From an uncultured Chloroflexia bacterium (GTDB lineage: Bacteria; Chloroflexota; Anaerolineae; Anaerolineales; UBA4823): a DNA stretch of 64,000 nt. Location of the stretch: the NCBI GenBank assembly GCA_963726375.1, contig CAVSCE010000011.1, positions 210,914-274,913 of the forward strand, read 5' to 3'. The translations under genes and the position numbers were made by a program. This document shows positions 29,790 through 38,565 of this stretch, in pieces (the first letter of the stretch is position 1; the number at the start of each line of letters is the position of its first letter). The notes under the pieces were generated by a model. That model was given only the letters and a program-made list of their open reading frames with translations. It did not search any database and was not told the origin of the DNA.

Positions 29790-30700
29790 CGCCGAGCAGT
29801 GTTCCGGTCGGATTGCGCTTGCATTCGCCAGGTTTTCGATAGTGGATGTATTCGAGCATGCACCGAGTGAAGCGTCTTTGTCGAGATCCTAAAGCACTGA
29901 ACCGATTCTGCGACGTTCTTTCCAGATCCAGTTTGCCATAAACGGCGCAATCCATTTTCATGAGCCGTGTCAATATTGTCGCCCGGGTCTGAAAATCCCA
30001 TACTCCTTTTTCTGAGGCTCGACCAGGTTCCAATCAATGAAAGCATTGCCTGATCGGTATCGACAGATATCGTGTAAAAATCACGGATAAGATTAAAGCA
30101 GCGTACCAAAACGGATTATCTTTCATACGCCAGGTTTTCGAGAGTGGCTGTTTTCCAGCTGAACAGACCTTCAGGATCCCTTGCTGAGGTTGAGCGGAAC
30201 ACCGGTCTCTTTATCAACGATTACGTCGAGCAGGGCCAACAAATTGGTCCTTATCGGCAGCACATACGAATATCCCTGCAGCTCGGATGGTGCTCATCTG
30301 GATTTCGGCGTCCTGGCAGATCCAAATGAAGACGGTGCTTGGAGCGACCAGCAGCCTGTTGATCCATTCGGTTGATCTGGCGAACCTGCTGCTGATATGT
30401 GGGGATATGACCCTGATGATCAACTTGGGTCCATCCACTTAGCGGGCAAGGTATGGTCGGTAGCAGCGGCGCGATCATCCAGAGCCCTTCAGGTATCTAT
30501 CGGGTAACAGTGCCTCCTGGTGCCGTCAGTCATGACCTGACTCTGGAGCTCTTTGGCGAACCGCCATTCGTCGAGCGATTGAGCCCAACTCCGTTCAGGC
30601 GGCAGGTCCTTCTGGCTGCGGGGGTTGGAATGGTTGGAAGGACCGTCACGGGCTTTGAGCCTCGAATTTCCTCAGCAGGAGTTCGAATCTCCGGTCACGT
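29790..30700 (-). mobile_element. Decayed IS3/IS481-like (rve integrase) transposase remnant with multiple frameshifts and stops
   Basis: Minus-strand frames carry fragments NRLLVAPSTVFIWI (cf. PNxLWxxDITYI), FLHD..SGNAF, PGDNIDTAHENGLRRLWQ (cf. DNAxxESFxxTLKxE) and YGKLDLERTSQNRFSALG (cf. YNxERPHSALG). GC is locally lower. No terminal inverted repeats were found. Confidence 0.45.
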
Positions 30701-31120
30701 AGACATTTCCTATGCCGAAGAGTAGAAGGACACATTGCTGCTAGTGCTGCAGCTGAAGGAAAAGCTTGTGCGGTGAACAGGCGCAGAGCGAACAAAGATA
30801 ATGTCCAGAAATTGAGCGCAGGATATCGGATTTCGCTGTTTTGGAAAAGTCGGTGTGATAAAAAAGCTCATTAGAGCCGACCGCTCGATTATATCCTGCA
30901 AAAAAGAGCTCGCTCAGGATTAACTCTGGCCATTATTCCTGGTTTCAGGAATGGGCCGGTTCACTGTCGGTTTATGCGGTCAGTTTGACGAGCACCCGGT
31001 CATAATACCTCTCAGTGATTGTCAAGAAGCGGCTGTTGAAGGGCATAAATCTCAAGAGATGAAAGGTAGAATGATATCGATGCCTCACAAAAATAAATCA
31101 AATAGAATCAGGAGATTTCA

Positions 31121-32506
31121 ATGATCTACGAGAACTGCACAATCATCACGATGGACGCTCACAGGCGGATCCTCACCGACGGCGCCCTGGCGGTTCGGGA
31201 TGGCCGCATCGCCGCGGTCGGAAAGCGCGAATCGCTTCACCGCCAATTCCCGGATGATCCCGGGCGGGTGGACCTGCGCGGGATGCTGGTCATGCCCGGC
31301 CTGGTCAACACCCACGTCCACCTGTCGCAGGCCTTGATCCGGGGCTGCGCCGACGACCTTTCGCTGGTGGATTTCTTGACCAAACGAGTCTGGCCGCTGC
31401 AGGGCAACTACGACCATGAGGATGCGCGTCTGAGCGCCGAGCTGTGCCTGCTGGAGATGCTGAAATCAGGGACGACAGCGTTTGTGGAGGCGATGACCGC
31501 CCATAATTACGGATTTGACGGAATCGCCCGGGTCGTCGAGCTGTCTGGGCTGCGGGCCGCGCTGTCAAAGATCGTCATGGACATCCCATCCTATGCAATG
31601 TCTGAGAACAGCATGCATCCCGGGTTGGTCGAAGACTCTGAAGAATCGTTCGCAGAGGCGCTGGAAATGCACCGCCGCTGGGATGGGGCTGCGGACGGCC
31701 GCATCCAGGTCTGGTTCGGGCCGCGTCCGCCCGGCGGGACCTCTTCGGCGATGTACCGCCGCATGACCGAGCTCGTGCGTGAAAAGGGCATGCGCCTGAC
31801 CGTCCACCTGGCCGAGGTGCGCGAGGACATCGATTACATCCGCCGCGAATATAACCTCTCTGCGATCGAATACGCTCGCAGCGTCGGCATGCTCGGGCCC
31901 AACATCCTGCTGATCCATGTCGTCTGGGTTGGGCCGGACGAGATCGCCCTCCTGGCAGAAACCGGCACCCACGTCACCCACAACCCGCTCTCGAATTCCA
32001 AGCTGGCTTCCGGGATCTCCCCGATCCCGGAGATGCTGAAGGCCGGGGTGAACGTCGGCCTGGGTACGGACGCGGCGACCTGCAGCAACGACTACGACAT
32101 GATCCGCGCCATGCGCTGGGCGTCGTTCCTCCATAAAGCCCGCCTGCTGGACCCCGAGATCATGCCATGCGAGACGGTGCTTGAGATGGCCACGCTCAAC
32201 GGCGCGAAAGCGATGGGACTGGAAGACGAGATCGGCTCGCTGGAACCCGGCAAACGGGCCGATTTCATCGTGCTCGACCTGGACAAGCCTCACCTCACGC
32301 CGGCGCCCAACCCGGTTTCTGCCGTCGTTTCCGCCGCCACCGGGAAAGATGTAGATATGGTGTTCATCGATGGGAAAATGGTGGTGCAGGGCGGAAAAGC
32401 GCTGTTCATGGACGAAGACCGAATCCTGGCCGAAGCCCGTGAGCGCGCGGAGCGCCTTTACCGTAAGGCTGGGATCGAGCTTAAACCGCGTTGGCCGGTC
32501 GAGTGA
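31121..32506 (+). CDS. Amidohydrolase of the MtaD/TRZ-ATZ (nucleoside/aminohydrolase deaminase) family
   Basis: Intact 461-aa ORF with PGLVNTHVHLSQ (HxH), ..HLAE.., ..HVVW.. and GLGTDAA. Confidence 0.8.
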   Translation: MIYENCTIITMDAHRRILTDGALAVRDGRIAAVGKRESLHRQFPDDPGRVDLRGMLVMPGLVNTHVHLSQALIRGCADDLSLVDFLTKRVWPLQGNYDHEDARLSAELCLLEMLKSGTTAFVEAMTAHNYGFDGIARVVELSGLRAALSKIVMDIPSYAMSENSMHPGLVEDSEESFAEALEMHRRWDGAADGRIQVWFGPRPPGGTSSAMYRRMTELVREKGMRLTVHLAEVREDIDYIRREYNLSAIEYARSVGMLGPNILLIHVVWVGPDEIALLAETGTHVTHNPLSNSKLASGISPIPEMLKAGVNVGLGTDAATCSNDYDMIRAMRWASFLHKARLLDPEIMPCETVLEMATLNGAKAMGLEDEIGSLEPGKRADFIVLDLDKPHLTPAPNPVSAVVSAATGKDVDMVFIDGKMVVQGGKALFMDEDRILAEARERAERLYRKAGIELKPRWPVE

Positions 32507-32545
32507 GCGCAGAAACCGCAGGCCGGGTTTTTTTACTTCGTTCTT
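32507..32545 (+). terminator. Weak hairpin plus T7 run between convergent genes
   Basis: GAAACCGCAGGCCGGGTTTTTTT. The stem is only ~5 bp and A/U-rich, so support rests mainly on the U-tract. Confidence 0.3.
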
Positions 32546-32576
32546 AAAAGCGGATCGGGGCTGAGCAGGTAGCTTA

Positions 32577-33011
32577 TCAATTAACCGAGACATCCCAGTT
32601 TTCAAGCCGGCCCGTGAAATGGAAGCGCTTCCCGGTCCGTTCGCGGTATTCGAGGATCGTTTCGTTGATGTGTTCCGGGAAAGTCTCCAGGTATTTCTCC
32701 AGCATCCTTCTGATCACTTTTGGATCGCCGGAAGAAAATTGAAAGGTCACCGAGACTTGATAACCGCCTGTTTTGGTCATGACGCCGTTCCAGCTCTCCA
32801 GGACGATCGAGCCAAAGGACGAGGCGTGCTGGTCGCCGTCCAGGTACCAGGCTTGCTGGTCCAGATCGCGGACCATCCGCTCATTAATGTACATTGAGAC
32901 GATCTCACGGGCATTCCGGCTGACATCTGAGAAGAGCAGGTCAATTTTTGCCGATTGCCCTGCGCCCTGGCTGACCGTTAGCGGTCGATCTCTGTAATAC
33001 TCGCCTGTCAT
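32577..33011 (-). CDS. Hypothetical protein (144 aa from the internal ATG); no recognisable family
   Basis: MTGEYYRDRPLTVSQ.. within ORF 32577..33176. It has coding-like composition and no motif I can name. Confidence 0.45.
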   Translation of the reverse strand: MTGEYYRDRPLTVSQGAGQSAKIDLLFSDVSRNAREIVSMYINERMVRDLDQQAWYLDGDQHASSFGSIVLESWNGVMTKTGGYQVSVTFQFSSGDPKVIRRMLEKYLETFPEHINETILEYRERTGKRFHFTGRLENWDVSVN

Positions 33012-33301
33012 GGTCTGGACTCTCCCAAGTCTGAGTATATTATATCCGTTTATTTTGAATGCCCCGATCCGGTGTTTCCCGCAGGGTCGTGAGAAACCCG
33101 TGAAATCAGAAAATCCATGCGGTGTGGAGGATAATACTGCCAGGCATGCCTCATGGAGGCTGCACCGTGTCAACACCCTCCTGACTCAGGCTGCGGGTGG
33201 ACCTATTCACGCTGTATGTTGCTCCTGGTGCGCGTCTGGAGGCTTTCAAGGCTCAAGCCAACGGAAACACGATTCGCAAGAAGGTAAGAGAGTTTTTTCT
33301 A

Positions 33302-33350
33302 TTGACCTTTTCTTGACCTCCCTTTGCGTTTCTTGTCCCAAAATTGACCT
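33302..33350 (+). promoter_or_regulatory. Phased TTGACCT-like direct repeats upstream of the kdp operon
   Basis: TTGACCT at 33302, 33313 and 33344, with degenerate TTGCGTT at 33324 and TTGTCCC at 33333. Spacing is 9-11 bp. Confidence 0.35.
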
Positions 33351-33363
33351 CTAAAAGAATATC

Positions 33364-33392
33364 ATCATCTCAAATGGAGAATTTGAGATGAT
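33364..33392 (+). promoter_or_regulatory. 12-bp perfect hairpin enclosing the SD and start codon of the first kdp leader ORF
   Basis: ATCATCTCAAAT-GGAGA-ATTTGAGATGAT. The loop is GGAGA and the ATG at 33388 lies in the 3' arm. Confidence 0.5.
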
Positions 33393-33480
33393 GGACCTGC
33401 TCATGCTGTTGGTCCTCGGGTGCTTCTGCCTGGGGACTTTTGGTTTGCTTAAAATCTGCGATCTGTTGATGAGGTCATGA
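33388..33480 (+). CDS. 30-aa hydrophobic leader/small membrane peptide upstream of kdpF
   Basis: My own translation gives MMDLLMLLVLGCFCLGTFGLLKICDLLMRS. It ends 1 nt before the kdpF ATG. Confidence 0.35.
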   Translation: MMDLLMLLVLGCFCLGTFGLLKICDLLMRS

Positions 33481-33481
33481 A

Positions 33482-33565
33482 ATGGTTGGATTTGCCGGGA
33501 TATTGACCCTGGCTCTGCTGGGTTACCTGTTTGTAGAGCTGCTTTTTGCGGATCGGTTCAAGTGA
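33482..33565 (+). CDS. kdpF: K+-transporting ATPase subunit F
   Basis: My own translation gives MVGFAGILTLALLGYLFVELLFADRFK (27 aa). The LLGYL..L..P/A..F pattern and the position before kdpA fit KdpF. Confidence 0.65.
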   Translation: MVGFAGILTLALLGYLFVELLFADRFK

Positions 33566-33578
33566 TCGAGGTGCGGCG

Positions 33579-35321
33579 ATGACGATGAACGGTCTGCTGC
33601 AAATTTCTGCCGTCCTGCTGGTCTTGCTTCTTCTGGTCAGGCCGCTGGGGAGGTATATGAGCCGCGTCTACCAGGGCGAGCCGGTCTTTCTCTCACGCGT
33701 CCTGAGCCCGGTCGAGCGCCTTGTCTACCGGCTGATCGGCGTCGACCCGTCCGAGGAGATGGGCTGGAAGACCTACGCCGGTTCGATGCTGCTGTTCAAC
33801 CTGCTCGGCCTGCTGGTCATGTACCTTCTGCTGCGACTCCAGGCGCTGCTGCCGCTCAATCCTCAAGGGTTAGCTGCCTTTCGTCCGGATCTGGCGTTCA
33901 ACACCGCGGTTAGCTTCACGACCAATACCAACTGGCAGAACTACGGCGGCGAGACCGGGATGAGCTATTTGATCCAGATGCTCGGTCCGACGGCCCAGAA
34001 TTTCATCTCTGCAGGGACCGGTATGGCCATCCTGGCGGCGTTCATCCGCGGCTTTAAGCGCCAGTCATCAAAAACCCTGGGCAACTTCTGGGTCGATTTT
34101 ACCCGCTCGAACCTGTACATCCTGCTGCCTCTGGCGGTGCTGTTTTCGCTGGCTCTGGTCTCCCAGGGTGTGGTCCAGACCTTCAGCCCTTCCCGTTCAG
34201 TCCCGCTGCTCCAGCCGATAGTTGATAATGAAGGAAACGCGGTTGCGACGCAGGTTATCGCCCTCGGTCCGGCAGCCTCACAAATTGCGATCAAGCAGCT
34301 CGGCAGCAACGGCGGCGGTTTTTTCTCAGCAAACTCCGCGCACCCGTTTGAAAATCCCACACCGCTCTCGAATTTCCTCGAGATGATCGCGATCGTCCTG
34401 ATCCCGGCCGCATTGTGCATCACGTTTGGGGAGATGGTGGGCGATCCCCGCCAGGGTTGGATGCTCCTGATCGTCATGTTGGTTCTGGTTGGCGTTTCTT
34501 TGCTGGGCGTGTACGCAGCCGAATCGGTCGGCAATCCGGCTCTGGAACAACTGGGTGTCGACCAAAAGTCGAGCGAGCTCAACCCCGGTGGAAATATGGA
34601 GGGCAAAGAAGTCCGCTTCGGCGTACCAAACTCGGCTGCCTGGGCGGTGATGACAACCGCCTCATCCAACGGCTCGGTCAATTCGATGCTCGATTCTTTC
34701 ACACCGCTCGGCGGGCTTGTTATGCTTCTGCTGATGCAGATGGGAGAAGTGGTGTTCGGTGGGGTGGGCTCGGGCTTGTACGGCATGCTGGCATTTGTGA
34801 TCCTGGCAGTCTTCGTGGCGGGGCTGATGGTCGGCCGCACACCTGAATATCTCGGCAAGAAAATCGAGATATTTGAAATGAAGATGGCATCGCTCGTGAT
34901 TCTGATCATGCCGATCATCGTGCTGGGATTCACCGCCCTGGCGGTGTCCACCCAGGCGGGCAAGGAGGCAGTATTGAACCCCGGTCCGCATGGTTTCAGC
35001 GAGATCCTGTACGCCTACACGTCTCAGGGGAACAACAACGGCAGCGCCTTCGCCGGCCTGAGCGGAAACAACCCTTTCTACAATCTTACAGGCGGTCTGG
35101 CGATGCTCCTTTCGCGCTACTGGCTGGCGATCCCAACCCTGGCACTGGCCGGCGCGCTGGCGATCAAGAAAAAAGTGCCGGCGAGCGCCGGCACGTTGCC
35201 CACGCACACCCCGCTGTTCGCCGCCTGGCTGATCGGGATCGTGCTCCTGGTCGCGGCCTTGAATTTCTTTCCGGCCCTGGCGCTTGGACCGGTGATCGAG
35301 CACCTGCTGCTGAGCTTTTAG
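33579..35321 (+). CDS. kdpA: K+-transporting ATPase subunit A
   Basis: Starts MTMNGLLQISAVLLV.. within ORF 33546..35321. It is polytopic, with NTNWQNYGGE and GTNGGGF-type selectivity segments (LGSNGGGFF). Confidence 0.92.
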   Translation: MTMNGLLQISAVLLVLLLLVRPLGRYMSRVYQGEPVFLSRVLSPVERLVYRLIGVDPSEEMGWKTYAGSMLLFNLLGLLVMYLLLRLQALLPLNPQGLAAFRPDLAFNTAVSFTTNTNWQNYGGETGMSYLIQMLGPTAQNFISAGTGMAILAAFIRGFKRQSSKTLGNFWVDFTRSNLYILLPLAVLFSLALVSQGVVQTFSPSRSVPLLQPIVDNEGNAVATQVIALGPAASQIAIKQLGSNGGGFFSANSAHPFENPTPLSNFLEMIAIVLIPAALCITFGEMVGDPRQGWMLLIVMLVLVGVSLLGVYAAESVGNPALEQLGVDQKSSELNPGGNMEGKEVRFGVPNSAAWAVMTTASSNGSVNSMLDSFTPLGGLVMLLLMQMGEVVFGGVGSGLYGMLAFVILAVFVAGLMVGRTPEYLGKKIEIFEMKMASLVILIMPIIVLGFTALAVSTQAGKEAVLNPGPHGFSEILYAYTSQGNNNGSAFAGLSGNNPFYNLTGGLAMLLSRYWLAIPTLALAGALAIKKKVPASAGTLPTHTPLFAAWLIGIVLLVAALNFFPALALGPVIEHLLLSF

Positions 35322-35333
35322 GCAAGAAATCTC

Positions 35334-37484
35334 ATGAAAATGAAATGGACCTACTCTCGAGGGAATAATATACCGGTGTCAGCCCGGTTTAAGCTGTACC
35401 TGGGCGCAGTCGTGGATGCTTTCAAAAAGCTTGATCCGCGCCAGATGATGCGCAGCCCGGTGATGTTTGTTGTGGAAATTGGCTCCATGATGTCGATGCT
35501 GCTCTGGGTGAAGGCGCTTTCAGGTGCAGATCATTCAGAGCAGGGTTTCATCGGCGCGATCACCCTCTGGCTGTGGATCACCGTGCTGTTCGCGAACTTT
35601 TCCGAGGCGCTGGCCGAAGGGCGCGGCAAAGCCCAGGCCGAAGCGCTTCGCCTCACCCGCCAGAACACCCCGGCCTGCCGGTTGAAGGGCCCCGACAGGA
35701 ACTCGCCGTCCGAGTGGGTATCTTCCCCTGACCTGCGCCTGGACGATCTCGTCCTGGTAAAGACCGGGGACCTGGTCCCTGCGGACGGCGAGGTCGTCGA
35801 AGGCATTGCTTCGGTGGATGAAAGCGCCGTAACCGGAGAGAGCGCGCCGGTCATCCGGGAAGCCGGCGGAGACCGCAGTGCGGTGACTGGCGGGACGCGC
35901 ATCCTGTCGGATTGGCTGATCGTCCGCGTCACAGCAAATCCAGGCGAGGGCTTTCTGGATCGGATCATCGGATTGATCGAAGGAGCGAAGCGCCAGAAAA
36001 CGCCGAATGAAATCGCCCTGAACATCCTCCTGTCTGCTTTCACGATTATTTTCCTGGTGGTGTGCGCGACGACGCTGATATTTTCAGAATACAGCGCAGA
36101 GACCGCCGGGCAGGGGGCGGCGATACCGTTGAGCGTGATCATCGCCCTGCTGGTCTGCCTGATTCCGACCACCATCGGCGGCCTGGTCTCTGCGATCGGG
36201 ATTGCAGGGATGGACCGCTTGGTCCAGCGAAATGTGATCGCCATGTCGGGTCGGGCGGTGGAGGCTGCCGGCGACGTGGATGTGCTGCTCCTGGACAAGA
36301 CCGGGACGATTACGCTTGGCAACCGTCAGGCGGTTGAAATAAACCCATTATCGGGTGTGACGCCGGACGACCTGGCTGAAGCCGTGCAGCTGGCCTCGCT
36401 TGCAGACGAAACTCCTGAAGGGCGCAGCATCGTGATCCTGACCAAAGAAAAATACGGCCTGCGCGGGCAGCACGTCGGCGGCAACGGCAGGGCAGGGACT
36501 TCGGCCGGGATGCGCTTCATCCCATTCAGCGCCCAGACGCGGATGAGCGGTGTGGATATCCCTAAGGCTGCAGAGGTCGATGGTGGTGCAAAAAACGGGC
36601 AGGTGACGAAAATTCGCAAAGGCGCGCCGGATACCATGATAGCGCTGATCGAAAGAGCCGGACGCCAAATTCAGCCTGAGCTGCACCAGATCGTCAATCG
36701 GATTGCTCAGAGCGGCGGCACGCCGCTGGTGGTCACCCGGGACGAGCAGGCTCTGGGTGTGATCCATTTGAAAGATGTCGTCAAGGGCGGGATCAAAGAG
36801 CGGTTCGCCCGGCTGCGAAGCATGGGGATTAAGACGGTAATGATCACTGGCGACAACGCCTTGACTGCCGCCGCGATCGCTGCGGAGGCCGGAGTGGATG
36901 ACTTCCTGGCCCAGGCTACCCCGGAGGCCAAGCTCAAGCTGATCCGGGAGTACCAGGCTGGGGGTCGCCTGGTGGCAATGACCGGAGATGGAACAAACGA
37001 TGCCCCGGCCCTGGCGCAGGCGGATGTCGCCGTAGCGATGAACACCGGCACGCAGCCAGCCCGGGAGGCTGCCAATATGGTGGACCTTGACAGCAACCCC
37101 ACCAAGCTGATTGAAATCGTGGAGATCGGGAAACAGCTCCTGATGACCCGCGGCGCATTGTTCACCTTCAGCATCACCAATGACCTGGCCAAGTATTTTG
37201 CGATCATCCCGGCCGCGTTCGTGGGTGTATACCCGGAGCTGGGGATGCTGAACTTCATGCGCCTGTCCACGCCGCAGAGCGCGATCCTTTCTGCAGTGAT
37301 ATTCAACGCCCTCATCATTGTTGCGCTGATCCCGCTGGCGCTGCACGGCGTGCCTTACCGCCCCAAGCCGGCAGAAGCTCTCCTGCGCGAAAACTTGTTG
37401 ATTTACGGTCTGGGAGGTCTGGTCGCGCCATTTATTGGCATCAAGCTGATCGATATGCTCTTGAATGCGTTAAGTCTTGTGTGA
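35334..37484 (+). CDS. kdpB: K+-transporting P-type ATPase subunit B
   Basis: Intact 716-aa ORF with DKTGTIT, MITGDN and [10 protein letters not shown]. Confidence 0.95.
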   Translation: MKMKWTYSRGNNIPVSARFKLYLGAVVDAFKKLDPRQMMRSPVMFVVEIGSMMSMLLWVKALSGADHSEQGFIGAITLWLWITVLFANFSEALAEGRGKAQAEALRLTRQNTPACRLKGPDRNSPSEWVSSPDLRLDDLVLVKTGDLVPADGEVVEGIASVDESAVTGESAPVIREAGGDRSAVTGGTRILSDWLIVRVTANPGEGFLDRIIGLIEGAKRQKTPNEIALNILLSAFTIIFLVVCATTLIFSEYSAETAGQGAAIPLSVIIALLVCLIPTTIGGLVSAIGIAGMDRLVQRNVIAMSGRAVEAAGDVDVLLLDKTGTITLGNRQAVEINPLSGVTPDDLAEAVQLASLADETPEGRSIVILTKEKYGLRGQHVGGNGRAGTSAGMRFIPFSAQTRMSGVDIPKAAEVDGGAKNGQVTKIRKGAPDTMIALIERAGRQIQPELHQIVNRIAQSGGTPLVVTRDEQALGVIHLKDVVKGGIKERFARLRSMGIKTVMITGDNALTAAAIAAEAGVDDFLAQATPEAKLKLIREYQAGGRLVAMTGDGTNDAPALAQADVAVAMNTGTQPAREAANMVDLDSNPTKLIEIVEIGKQLLMTRGALFTFSITNDLAKYFAIIPAAFVGVYPELGMLNFMRLSTPQSAILSAVIFNALIIVALIPLALHGVPYRPKPAEALLRENLLIYGLGGLVAPFIGIKLIDMLLNALSLV

Positions 37485-37493
37485 GGTCCTATT

Positions 37494-37790
37494 ATGAAAA
37501 ACCTATTTTCTCTTTCAGGCTGGTTCGTCTTGGTTCTCATCATCGCCGGATTTCTATTCCTGTTTTGGTGGGTGTTGAGCACCGTACCGAGCTCAAGCAA
37601 TCAGACCTTTGAATGCGTTGGCTTGCTGTTGGTTTTCTATGGGCTGCTGACCCTGTGGCTGAAAGCAAATGAGACAGCCATAATAAAGGAAGACCTGGAA
37701 TATATGCGGACCATGCGAACTGCCGCCAGCCGAAAACCTGACGAAAATTTGCCACGACGAGACACGCCCTCGGCAAGCAGTAATTTTTAG
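37494..37790 (+). CDS. 98-aa two-TM membrane protein inserted between kdpB and kdpC (positional analogue of cyanobacterial kdpG)
   Basis: The ATG lies 9 nt after the kdpB stop, with GAGGT upstream. The product has two hydrophobic helices followed by a charged tail. GC is lower than in the flanks, and a 124-nt gap precedes kdpC. Confidence 0.5.
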   Translation: MKNLFSLSGWFVLVLIIAGFLFLFWWVLSTVPSSSNQTFECVGLLLVFYGLLTLWLKANETAIIKEDLEYMRTMRTAASRKPDENLPRRDTPSASSNF

Positions 37791-37914
37791 GATGAGCTCG
37801 TGTCCCTTCCTTGGTTTTCTGAGGAAGGTGAATAACCTGGGGTGGGATTTCCTGAGGATCTGCTGCAGGATCCTTGTTGGCTGCGAAACATTTCATTAGA
37901 GGATGTGAATAGAT

Positions 37915-38511
37915 ATGATTAACCAGATTCGGACGGCGGGGTTGACGCTGTTAATTTTCACCGTGGTGACTGGTCTGCTCTACCCGGCCTTGATTACCTG
38001 GATCGCCCAGGCTCTGGTACCTGTCCAGGCGAATGGGAGCATGATCCTGGCTGGGGATCAGGTTGTCGGTTCCGAATTAATCGGCCAGCCTTTCGATGAG
38101 CCGGAATATTTTTGGGGACGGCCTTCCGCATCGATCCCCTTTCCCTATAACGCGGCTGCCTCGGCCGGCTCAAACCTGGGTCCGAGCAACCCTGTGCTGG
38201 AGCAGGCAGTGCAGGCCCGGATCGAACGCTTGCGTTCGCTCGATCCTCAAAACCCGTTGCCAGTTCCAGTAGACCTGGTCACCGCATCGGGCAGCGGGTT
38301 GGACCCGCATATCTCGCTGGCATCAGCGCGCTTTCAGGCAGCGCGTGTGGCACGGGCAAGGCAGGCCGCTCCTGCCGAGATCGATGCACTGATCGAGCAG
38401 CACATCGAGCGGCGCCAGCTTGGGTTCCTGGGCGAGCCGCGCCTGAATGTGCTGGCGTTGAACCTGGCTCTGGACCTTTCCTTTCCAATCAGTCCATCTG
38501 CGATACAATGA
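37915..38511 (+). CDS. kdpC: K+-transporting ATPase subunit C
   Basis: Intact 198-aa ORF with an N-terminal TM helix, SGSNLGPSNP and ASGSGLDPHIS. Confidence 0.92.
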   Translation: MINQIRTAGLTLLIFTVVTGLLYPALITWIAQALVPVQANGSMILAGDQVVGSELIGQPFDEPEYFWGRPSASIPFPYNAAASAGSNLGPSNPVLEQAVQARIERLRSLDPQNPLPVPVDLVTASGSGLDPHISLASARFQAARVARARQAAPAEIDALIEQHIERRQLGFLGEPRLNVLALNLALDLSFPISPSAIQ

Positions 38512-38565
38512 TGATTGCAAGATACCTGGAGGACCTGGCGGCCTCTCCAGGGTTCAGGTGTGCGC

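Noticed and set aside
30453-30725. 90-aa plus-strand ORF (..SPSGIYRVTVPPGAVSHDLTLEL..), considered as a possible displaced C-terminal piece of the truncated PD40 protein.
   Set aside because: It is short, has no repeat continuity with the PD40 units, and overlaps the region where the minus strand shows transposase N-terminal-like fragments. The evidence is insufficient either way, so it is left uncalled.
27822-30876. Shared 13-mer GAGCCGACCGCTC at ~27822 and ~30864, considered as possible element termini.
   Set aside because: About 30 exact 13-mer pairs are expected by chance in a 64-kb window, and the flanks do not align.
31565-32605. Long antisense or alternate-frame ORFs opposite well-supported genes. 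Examples: 31565..32605(-), 36348..37346(-), 33965..34963(-), 44510..45898(+), 62753..63739(-), 55700..56599(+), 52920..53759(+), 23678..24703(+), 15508..16227(-), 16649..17401(-), 46326..47099(+), 25707..26306(-).
   Set aside because: These are shadow ORFs typical of high-GC DNA. They have Arg/Pro/Gly/Ala-rich low-complexity translations with no family motifs. Each is fully overlapped by an ORF with strong diagnostic motifs (amidohydrolase, KdpB, KdpA, MFS, LctP, MacB, HlyD, GH94, DhaK, DhaL, YprB, GNAT).
33177-33387. c-di-AMP (ydaO/kimA-type) or other riboswitch upstream of kdp.
   Set aside because: I could not recognise the conserved pseudo-symmetric ACGR/CCCG-type cores by eye. Only the simple SD hairpin and heptamer repeats are visible. 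A covariance-model scan is needed to exclude it formally.
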